Part shown: positions 58,301 to 64,000 of the stretch, piece by piece
How positions within the stretch are numbered: the stretch's first letter is position 1
Layout: each line of letters opens with the position of its first letter
Origin: Spirochaetia bacterium
GTDB taxonomy: Bacteria > Spirochaetota > Spirochaetia > CAKZLE01
Length of the DNA stretch: 64,000 nt
Direction: 5' to 3'
Assembly (NCBI GenBank): GCA_963677595.1
Contig: OY782041.1
Span: 2,272,001 to 2,336,000, forward strand
Made by a program: the position numbers and the translations under genes
Notes under the pieces: generated by a model
Databases searched by the model: none
What the model was told of the DNA's origin: nothing
What the model saw: the letters and a program-made list of their open reading frames with translations, nothing else

Positions 58301-58462
58301 CGGGCTGATCTTCGCATACTGCGTTGTCACGATCTCCGGGTCATTCAGGAGCTCTCTCGACCTAATGCTCCGCACCTTGGCGAACGGTGTCGCCATGGCG
58401 AATATCAGCAGGATGATTGCGACTAACTTGATTTTCAATGAGATTTTTGTACTGGTAAACAC
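52379..58462 (-). CDS. Giant exported/surface protein (2027 aa) with Fn3/PKD/Ig-like repeats and a central Ala-rich helical segment
   Basis: GTG start with GAGGGG RBS, signal peptide, repeated Y.W..DG, G.Y.(L/I)T.TA.D..G and N..P.VT motifs. Confidence 0.8.
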   Translation of the reverse strand: MFTSTKISLKIKLVAIILLIFAMATPFAKVRSIRSRELLNDPEIVTTQYAKISPASLLANSILRITILNDQTGDAELKVAFSITIDVPADASAADQEWDGTMTINLYPTIPSGDSMTIDNTTIMNNLESYMNFGFDGFTGDFGTSHSTSPGSMDFSNFDISDTAELSTFIGEVLNLPEGDYTIAFHIYERDYDNTDDPNNYDVDRGEEDVTFKVVNIGGMSIDTYPTIGDRYAIEWSLPEVPNYQDTRKTTSTLSITGSGVNFSKAIPHGSPSGTGLKGYPGGTDEGLATYDLSADSLNFRAGASYTLTIRYTDWNGAEIAQEKTRTFSFPTASVSYDAPDLDDTWSPELSWSFGDYENDDWVESYDVYLGSTKLGNTEDTSYTISDKLNYGTRYAWHVVPRYASDRSAFSLSGEGAFTTQTHQAPEVSVDTDLDGAVMFKNETYTFEASAEAFDDEEITVYRWTIGSTTLNGDSVEYTPTRDYSSLAINCRASDSAGVSTTSASQTARVITPNFSISAGSPVEIGNTYTAEATGLPIEPDSITWAVTGPSSDSGSGTTFSPSFNDTTGTYTITATAVFTDSFDNETIIEKTARITVTANPDWAAADAAAAAAQASADAAAQSLRTAFQALESATAQGYTSILVEAQQKYSDAADAKGTAQRAAEAAQGAAANHDAAVAQAAAQEAAAQAAIVAQIAIELQNMVNTAAAQFKQIAEEAAGFAAAAAQSAAAAAQSAAEAQAALPDSTYAEDAAGYATEAAAEAATAQAAAENAAQATSQITAQSAVHTASQAADHAASYAEDAFKKAQEAVQYAAFHPTTQFDLGEANTYDETPIVIQIDASISDSSVMNGMPVTVSLAIENISYVDTLTWKLDGNTIESGASPTDSREFTARTSGSHVVTVTAVPYGEDLGVQPASTAVTFTSYPEPALSIASPNDGASYGPTDRISLSGALANTASGSIVYRYYWEVDGEEVDGIDSLSATLPPMAPGEHEIGLSAVAINGRTYSSDTVGVRVQSDLILSLMAPADQVTIIEGQEITCRVSARTLSTVVPVSRLVDEIYWYVNGSDSGSSGLSYQFSESSADSYEIMAVYAIDGQEIESNSVTVNVIAFDAPTITAPAADTIYYNPGGKLQFTGEGADQATFTWKLDSTIIGRRKAFQYDPAGKDGSYTLTLTASYLGEERETSRTISLRPNNPPEVTLTAEPAQYVGTRLSFTAGAVDDHDGTLSYTTYLDGRQVSSGQTLTSAQVGLHTLRVTASDSMGLTSQKQVSFTVKSGITGVNLLAPKDNTEVYPGKSFRLFAALEGDFSLAPSDLPRWNITKPDGSGETVQGFDTSFTPTAEGDYTVAFRYLDSVTGTEWSEDVTVSVIPEPVNLSIYWPHGELVNAGAELNPELVGTPPAGVVVTWYLDESDLPNSTFIAPETAGTHTLAIRSAGEEFDMITFEVNAAPEVTISSADGGTQYLAGSPIVLTAAASDDQSSPQITWTNAAGTVLGSRNVLTLSNLTNPAAYTFTATAADQYGLEGSASVTLNIIQPAAITSGTVNNGYKTFLVENGNTILVTAAVSGGIAPSVSWTLKQGSTTARAAGTTSSLNPSGFSAGPATIELSVTDAGTVQTTRSFPIQLITEASAAIVTPVPNEILWAADTQQFTLNIIGITANTITAEINGDGADSTLQSMTQSDDGKILEVVVDVSTASLAEGVYKLAFDVSDGQTTRTVTYDMNIFERQPGITISGAPASYDLRSGTSVELTADLFALEGASVDWYTAAAAEPVGTGTTLDLAALSLTPGQEQITAAAVDGSGNVLAQTSVPLAVTGPVTLAVNPPETMLTVTPGADFVLQATASDTDGTELSGEAISWNSQLDGTLGTGAQFIPGSLPNLTTGDHILTVTATGKTGEQAQYVLQLIVREEEGPPPEQTGSQGGAPIVAPAPLQTVFTSAVPMTSSVSQPVSTAIIVNGNIWHTRGDDKAEKVTQGLTLFADDIIEVRANNNKLTVIVTSGSVGSFRSVTLTRGTYHWDATSSAWVAE

Positions 58463-58552
58463 AGTGTCCCCCTCTGTCAGCCAGTTGGGAAGAACAGGGA
58501 TGTATTAATGTATGAGATCAACTTGTTGTGCAAAGCAGGTTGACTACCTACC

Positions 58553-58581
58553 ATCATAGCTTGTAGACAGGGGGGGTGCAA
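58553..58581 (-). promoter_or_regulatory. Sigma70-like promoter for the surface-protein operon
   Basis: Minus-strand TTGCAC-17 nt-TATGAT. Confidence 0.55.
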
Positions 58582-58647
58582 GAAAAGTTGGGAGTTTTTT
58601 TGTTCTTAATGGGTATGTAACACAAGTATATATAGTATTGCAGAGTG

Positions 58648-58839
58648 CTAGCTTATATGCTGCACCCGTCCCACATTGCCGTCGGTGAGCCGGACCTTGA
58701 TGCCGTGCGGATGGAAGCTCGATTTCGTGAGGATGTCCTTCACCACACCGTGGGTGAGCTTCCCTGTCCGCTGGTCCTGCTTCAGGACGATGTCCACCTC
58801 GAGCCCGGGGTGTATGCTGCTGCGTTCTTTACCATTCAT
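58648..58839 (-). CDS. YwbE family protein (DUF2196)
   Basis: V.IVLKQDQRTGKLT.GVVKDILT.S..HPHGIKVRL.DG.VGRV. Confidence 0.92.
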   Translation of the reverse strand: MNGKERSSIHPGLEVDIVLKQDQRTGKLTHGVVKDILTKSSFHPHGIKVRLTDGNVGRVQHIS

Positions 58840-58980
58840 GGAGGCAGTATAGGACAGTGAGCGTGATTATCCAAGCTGGATGAGGCGGAAAATTCATAAG
58901 AAAGCATTTATGAAACTGGTAAGGTAGTGTAAGATGAGGAGAAAAGCGAACGACAGCCTGTTCTGTTTAAGAGGTGTAGC

Positions 58981-60099
58981 ATGATCACAGTACGAGAAGC
59001 GACGACGAAGAGGGACATCAACCGGTTCTTCACCTTCCCGATCGAATTATATAAGGATAACCCCTATTACGTACCCGGGCTCATCTACGATGAGAAGGGG
59101 ACCTTCAATAAGAAGAAGAACCCGGTCTACGAGCATGCCGAGAGCATCCTCTTCCTGGCGGAGCGAGACGGCGAGGTCGTCGGGCGTGCCGCGGGGATCA
59201 TCAACCACAAACTCAACGAGCACCAGGGGATCAAGGATGTCAGGCTCTCCCGCTATGACATCATCGATGACCTCGAGGTATCCCGTGCCCTGATCGACAA
59301 GGTCACCGAGTGGGGGAAGTCAAAGGGGATGACCCGTATGATCGGGCCCATGGGGTTCTCGGACCTCGACAAGCAGGGGCTGCTCATCGAGGGGTTCGAC
59401 CAGCTCGGGATGTTCATCACCTTATACAACCATCCCTATTACAAGGACCATCTCGAGGCACTGGGCTTCGAGAAGGAGGTCGACTGGGTCGAGTTCAAGA
59501 TCTTCACCCCGGAATATCTCGACCCCAAGATCGAGCGGGTCACCGAGATCGCCATGAAGCGAAACGGCTATAAGCTGCTTACCTTCGAGAAGAAGAAGGA
59601 TGCCATCCCCTATGCCCGCAGGGCCTTCTATATGTACAACGAGGCCTTCGCCAAGATCTACGGCTTCTATCCCCAGACCGATGCCCAGATCGAGGCACTG
59701 ATCGATGAGTTCATCATGATCGTCACGGCTGAGTACTTCTTCATCGTGACCGACAAGGATGATGAGGTCATCGGCTTCGGCCTCATGGTACCCTCCCTCT
59801 CGGAGGCCGTGCAGAAGTCGAAGGGAAGGCTATTCCCCACCGGCCTGCTGAGGATCAAGAAGGCGCTCAAGCAGCACTCCATCCTCGACATGTATCTCAT
59901 CGCCGTGAAGCCCGAGTACCTCGGGCGCGGGGTCAATGCCCTGATCCTCAACGCGGGGATCAAGAAGGCGATGGAGAGCGGGGCCTCATTCGCCGAGACC
60001 GGGCCGGAGCTGGAGGACAACATGAACGTCCAGACCCAGTGGAAGACCTTCAAGACCGAACAGCACAAACGAAGACGGTGCTACAAGAAAGATATCTAG
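58981..60099 (+). CDS. YghO-like GNAT-fold protein
   Basis: F..FP..LYKDNPYYVP, VGR.AGI, GPM, GLLIEGF, YN.PYY, AVKPEY.GRG and ELEDN motifs. Confidence 0.85.
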   Translation: MITVREATTKRDINRFFTFPIELYKDNPYYVPGLIYDEKGTFNKKKNPVYEHAESILFLAERDGEVVGRAAGIINHKLNEHQGIKDVRLSRYDIIDDLEVSRALIDKVTEWGKSKGMTRMIGPMGFSDLDKQGLLIEGFDQLGMFITLYNHPYYKDHLEALGFEKEVDWVEFKIFTPEYLDPKIERVTEIAMKRNGYKLLTFEKKKDAIPYARRAFYMYNEAFAKIYGFYPQTDAQIEALIDEFIMIVTAEYFFIVTDKDDEVIGFGLMVPSLSEAVQKSKGRLFPTGLLRIKKALKQHSILDMYLIAVKPEYLGRGVNALILNAGIKKAMESGASFAETGPELEDNMNVQTQWKTFKTEQHKRRRCYKKDI

Positions 60100-60121
60100 T
60101 CATAACATCAAGGAGGAGACG

Positions 60122-60487
60122 ATGGACAGGGACAGGATGATCAATGAGGCGATCGTGAAGCTGGCGCTGATCAGGGATGCCGACAGGCAGCGGATCGAAC
60201 GGGTGGCCGCAGACCTCGAGCGGTACACCTATGAGCCGATCTTCCTCTTCCCCGTTCCCGGCTTCCTCAGGATGGACAAGCTCTCAGTAGTCGGGTATAT
60301 CAAGGGCCTCGAGAACATGGGCGAGGAGGAGATCCGCTCCTTCGGCATCCTCGGGGACGAGAGTCCCGATGAGCTCGTCGGCAGGCAGCTGAAGATGGTC
60401 ATCCGGAACTTCTCCCTGCTCTCCCGCCTGCGGGAGGATGAACCCGAGGCCTGGGACGAGATCCATGAGCTCTATGAGGATGACTAG
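60122..60487 (+). CDS. Hypothetical protein
   Basis: Strong AGGAGG RBS, host-like codon usage, follows the GNAT gene. Confidence 0.7.
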   Translation: MDRDRMINEAIVKLALIRDADRQRIERVAADLERYTYEPIFLFPVPGFLRMDKLSVVGYIKGLENMGEEEIRSFGILGDESPDELVGRQLKMVIRNFSLLSRLREDEPEAWDEIHELYEDD

Positions 60488-60551
60488 GGCTTGAACGGGT
60501 ATCCTGCCGTACCTTATCCGAGGAAGCTTCTTTCCACGATCTAACAATCAC

Positions 60552-60932
60552 TTACTTCATGATGACCTCTATCAGCTTGTATAGCACTGCGGCTGCCAGG
60601 GTAGCCCAGATGAGGATGAAGACTACCGCGAAGAGCCAGTTCTCCTTGAGCCTGAGCGGCTCCCCGGCTGCCCGTGCCCTGGCAGCTGCCATCACCTCTC
60701 CGGGGATCAGCCGCAGCGAGAGGGCGATGAGTGCAGGGAGGATGATGAGGTCGTCGAGGTAGCCGAGCACGGGGATGAAGTCGGGTATGAGGTCGATCGG
60801 GCTCAGCGCATAGGCGAGGGTGATGAAGAGGATGACCTTCGGCAGCCGTTTCAGCTGCGGGTCCCGGTAGGCATAGTATACTGCCGTGAGTTCTTCCTTG
60901 AGCTTCGCTGCCCGTTGTTTCAGTGTTCCCAT
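60552..60932 (-). CDS. YkvA/DUF1232 family membrane protein
   Basis: YALSPIDLIPDFIPVLGYLDD motif. Confidence 0.93.
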   Translation of the reverse strand: MGTLKQRAAKLKEELTAVYYAYRDPQLKRLPKVILFITLAYALSPIDLIPDFIPVLGYLDDLIILPALIALSLRLIPGEVMAAARARAAGEPLRLKENWLFAVVFILIWATLAAAVLYKLIEVIMK

Positions 60933-61080
60933 AGGTACAGGAGACAACGCAGCGTCAATTGAGTCAAGTGGCTGCCTGATGTTTTGTCAGCGGTTTACAT
61001 GCTGTATCAAGAGATGCTAAGCTTACCCCATACCACCGAGCTGCAGCTGATTACGAGTTAAAAAAGTACAAGGAATCTCT

Positions 61081-62268
61081 ATGAACCTAACTCCCATCCG
61101 GGGACGGGCAGTCCATAACCTCAGGGTACTGCTCCTCATCCTGCTCATCGTCTATGTGATCATCACCATCCCGGTGGTGCTGATCTCCAGGAATATAAAC
61201 CGCTACAGCACCTCGAACATCCAGCATGACGGCCTGGTCATCGCGAAGAGCCTCACCTCAGTCCTGAATGCCAGGATCGATTCCTACCGCACGCTGGTAG
61301 AATCTCCTGGGTACAGCCCAGGTTCCTATGATGAAGCCTATTACCGGGAAGCCTGCAGGACCCTGGGTGAGATCCTGGAATACACGGAAGCAGATTTCAT
61401 CTTCACCGAAAAGCAGGTCGATGATACGACCGCGATGTATATCCTTGACGGTGAGGATCCGTCGAGTGAATCCTTCTCTCCTGTCGGGACGGAGGATTCC
61501 ATCTCTGCGGTAGAACTGGAAGCGTTCCGTACACAGGAACCTCAGGTCACGGATCTGATAGATGATCCCGTCTGGGGTGAGTATATCACCGCATTCGCTC
61601 CCATAATCGACAAGCGGGACGGGACCTTCCTCGGCCTGGTCGGGGTAGACTACTCGAAGGAGTCCATCGAGGATGTCAAAGTCACCCTCTTCTGGTCGCT
61701 GGGGATCGGGATGACCCTGCTGATCATCATCCTCACAGCCCTCTCCTATGTGATCTACCTGATCCTGCAGGCCCGGCATGTACAGGACCATCTGACCCGT
61801 CTCTATAATCGGGCGTTCCTCACGAAGTCCCTGCATCGGCAGGTCCGGAAGTCCCGACGGCGGGAGGCTGAGCTGGGTCTCCTGATGATCGATATCGACT
61901 GGTTCAAGCAGGTCAACGACCGTGAAGGCCATGCAGCCGGTGATGAGGTGCTCGTGCAGGTCGGCAGGATGCTCCAGCACAGCACCCGCCCCCATGATAT
62001 CTGCTCACGGTACGGGGGGGATGAGTTCGTCATCCTCCTCCCTGCCTGCCGGGAGGAGGAGTGCAGGGCGGTCGCTGTACGGATCCTGGAGCATGCGAGA
62101 ACCCTGCATACCCCAGGGGGCCGGGCGGTGACCCTCAGCATCGGTCTCACCCGAGCCCTGGGGGGAACAACAGCCGAAGAGCTCCTGGAACAGGCTGACC
62201 TTGCGCTCTACCGGGCCAAGGAGCTGGGGAGGGACCGGGTCGCCGTCTTCGAGCATGGGATAGGATAG
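61081..62268 (+). CDS. Membrane-bound diguanylate cyclase (sensor plus GGDEF)
   Basis: Two TM segments, D..WG.Y.TAF.PI...G.VGVD sensor, DIDWFKQVND..GH, RPHD I-site and GGDEF. Confidence 0.92.
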   Translation: MNLTPIRGRAVHNLRVLLLILLIVYVIITIPVVLISRNINRYSTSNIQHDGLVIAKSLTSVLNARIDSYRTLVESPGYSPGSYDEAYYREACRTLGEILEYTEADFIFTEKQVDDTTAMYILDGEDPSSESFSPVGTEDSISAVELEAFRTQEPQVTDLIDDPVWGEYITAFAPIIDKRDGTFLGLVGVDYSKESIEDVKVTLFWSLGIGMTLLIIILTALSYVIYLILQARHVQDHLTRLYNRAFLTKSLHRQVRKSRRREAELGLLMIDIDWFKQVNDREGHAAGDEVLVQVGRMLQHSTRPHDICSRYGGDEFVILLPACREEECRAVAVRILEHARTLHTPGGRAVTLSIGLTRALGGTTAEELLEQADLALYRAKELGRDRVAVFEHGIG

Positions 62269-62396
62269 AGGATCCTTCAGGATACAGGACAAACGCATGA
62301 AACAAAACTAATTGATTAACAGCAAAGATCTAACCATCGGAAAAACTGCAGAAAATGAGAAATTTTCTGGTAATTCTGATGGTTTTCTTGTATAAT

Positions 62397-62417
62397 GTAT
62401 TACATAGTATGTAATAC
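62397..62417. promoter_or_regulatory. Palindromic operator immediately after TATAAT
   Basis: TATAAT at 62391-62396, then GTATTACATA-g-TATGTAATAC, then a GGAGG RBS. Confidence 0.7.
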
Positions 62418-62429
62418 TTCGGAGGTTGT

Positions 62430-63047
62430 ATGCCCTATCCACCGTGGGTCATGAAACATAAACAGAAAGGCATGTATGTCAACAAGGTCAATGATTCGAC
62501 CTATCGTATCTATCGCGGTCATTCAGAACGGGTGAAAGGCACCAAGAAAGTCAAACGTATCGTTGATGAATACATCGGTACCATCACCGAGAAAGATGGT
62601 CTGATCCCCACAAAACCCAAGATCAAGGGCGAGGTGCGTACCCTTCGTAGTGGAGGATATGCGATCCTCTGGCGATTCTGTCGAGCCAACCTGCAGCGCA
62701 TACCTCAGCTCATGGGAGATGATGCGGGTGCTGCCGTACTTGCTTCTGCGATACTTCAGGTGATCTATGGGGAGGCTTCTTCTTTTCTGTATAGCTGTGA
62801 TTGGGTGAGTATGGCCTATCCTGATGTCACCTTCCCCCTGACACCTGTGCTGGAGGCAGAAGCGAGGCGAGTGGCAACGGCCTTGCGATCCACACTCACG
62901 GCGGTTTTCGGGGAACAGGCTTCACTGGTGATGCATGCTGCTGCCTTCATCACCAGGGTCTGGGTAAATGGGCAATGGGTCAATGCCGTCGTGCCGCAAG
63001 CATGTAGGGAGCTGGCAAAGACCTATGATTTTCGTTGGGAGGTGTAA
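62430..63047 (+). CDS. IS-associated protein resembling the N-terminal region of IS1634-like transposases
   Basis: YP.WV.KHK.KG......Y..Y...S.RV.G.K......YIG.IT..DG.IP pattern (recalled). No DDE domain seen. Confidence 0.6.
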   Translation: MPYPPWVMKHKQKGMYVNKVNDSTYRIYRGHSERVKGTKKVKRIVDEYIGTITEKDGLIPTKPKIKGEVRTLRSGGYAILWRFCRANLQRIPQLMGDDAGAAVLASAILQVIYGEASSFLYSCDWVSMAYPDVTFPLTPVLEAEARRVATALRSTLTAVFGEQASLVMHAAAFITRVWVNGQWVNAVVPQACRELAKTYDFRWEV

Positions 63048-63048
63048 C

Positions 63049-64000
63049 ATGGCACAAGAGACTACAAGAGGAATGGATCTCTTCATGGAGATACAGGATG
63101 CGATGGGGACGATCGGCCCTTGGCAGGCTGAGCGGAAGGCTACTCGCAAGGTCATCAAGCGATTAGTGAGTATCCTTGATACGAACGTTGATGATCCGAG
63201 GATGCAAGGGAAGGTCGCCTATCCTCTTTCGGAGATCATCGTATTGTCATTCTTCGCTGTCTTGGGGGGCGCAGTCACCTTTCAGGACATGGAAGCCATG
63301 TGCACATACAAAGAGAAGTATTTTCGTAAGTTCCTTCCCCTGAAGTCAGGGATTCCGTCACATGATACCTTCTGCAGGGTCTTCTCCCTCATCGATATGG
63401 GACAACTCAATGATGCCTTGGTGCTGTTCGTCATGCAGGCCATGGAAGACCTGCGAAAGGCTTTGAAGATACCGGAACCTCTGCTGAAGCAGATATGTGT
63501 GGATGGGAAGGAGGCTCGAGGATCTGGTCGGATGACGAATGCAGAAGGAACAACGATCCGGAATATTCAGACGTTGCATGTCTACTCCTCCTATAACGGA
63601 ATCTGTCTGAAGTCGGTGCAGATAGATCAGAAATCCAATGAGATCCCCAAAGCACAGGAGGTCTTGTCCACGATGGACTTACGAGGGACTCTGGTCTCAT
63701 TCGATGCCTTGAATACGCAGAAAGGGACGATCGATGTCATCATCGAAGGGAAAGGGCACTATCTTGGTGGATTGAAAGGGAATCAGAAGACACTCCTGGA
63801 GGAGAGCGCTGCCTATTTCACCCCTGAATACCTCCAACAGGCGGAGAATGATCCTGATAGATATTACCGGACGATGGAGAAAGCTCATGGGCAGATGGAA
63901 GAGTGCGTCTATACGGTAGCAAACGTGAAAGCGAAAGATCGCTGTTTCTTCTCTGACTGGGCAGGGATCAAAGCGGTGATACGGTTTGATAAGCGTACCG
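63049..64000 (+). CDS. ISAs1-family (H-repeat) transposase, 3'-partial; absent from the supplied ORF track
   Basis: Manual translation gives DPRMQGKVAYPLSEII, GIPSHDTFCRVF, VDGK..RGS, KSNEIP, DALNTQK, LKGNQ and EKAHG. GGAGG RBS. Confidence 0.93.
   Translation, partial: MAQETTRGMDLFMEIQDAMGTIGPWQAERKATRKVIKRLVSILDTNVDDPRMQGKVAYPLSEIIVLSFFAVLGGAVTFQDMEAMCTYKEKYFRKFLPLKSGIPSHDTFCRVFSLIDMGQLNDALVLFVMQAMEDLRKALKIPEPLLKQICVDGKEARGSGRMTNAEGTTIRNIQTLHVYSSYNGICLKSVQIDQKSNEIPKAQEVLSTMDLRGTLVSFDALNTQKGTIDVIIEGKGHYLGGLKGNQKTLLEESAAYFTPEYLQQAENDPDRYYRTMEKAHGQMEECVYTVANVKAKDRCFFSDWAGIKAVIRFDKRT

Larger units (their letters stand above)
62285..64000 (+). mobile_element. ISAs1-family element with an additional upstream ORF, right end outside the window
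   Basis: Candidate left end CAGGACAAACGCATGAAA at 62285, resembling recalled ISAs1 termini. Composition shifts here and an ISAs1 transposase follows. Confidence 0.65.

Noticed and set aside
58463-58550. Possible c-di-GMP riboswitch in the leader of the giant surface protein
   Set aside because: Only a simple imperfect hairpin is visible. The conserved GEMM or class II motifs were not found by eye.
58893-58914. TTCATAA-N8-TTATGAA palindrome between divergent ywbE and GNAT genes
   Set aside because: Short AT-rich arms, single occurrence and no linked regulator; too weak to call.

Overview
Bacterial chromosomal window. Signal-peptide style and gene content suggest an anaerobic spirochaete such as a Sphaerochaetaceae member (inference). 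It has two compositional zones. Positions 1-16650 are visibly more AT-rich and form a catabolic island: Opp/Dpp ABC ATPases, a split UxaA/SAF lyase, RidA, an amidohydrolase, an Asp/Glu racemase-like protein, an argininosuccinate-lyase-like C-N lyase, GntR, an M24 peptidase, an enolase-superfamily enzyme and an MFS transporter. The amidohydrolase is interrupted by an IS66 element (4879-9312, 18-bp IRs, 8-bp TSD). That element itself contains a second, unusual two-ORF IS (4997-7695, 24-bp perfect IRs, 8-bp TSD), whose HTH-like ORF and Mutator/IS256-like DDE ORF are joined by a -1 shift on an A9 run. The GC-rich remainder holds three diguanylate cyclases; a sugar ABC/rhamnose mutarotase/URO-D-like/AraC cluster; a TA module in a decayed patch; a nitrilase, MFS, NADH oxidase, dioxygenase and SatP; a ferric-reductase operon with a possible small cytochrome b; a MarR multidrug ABC operon; a 2027-aa Ig/PKD surface protein with a putative beta-barrel partner; and, at the right edge, an ISAs1 element carrying an extra ORF. 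No rRNA, tRNA or CRISPR array was seen. All family calls are from motif recognition by eye, not database searches.
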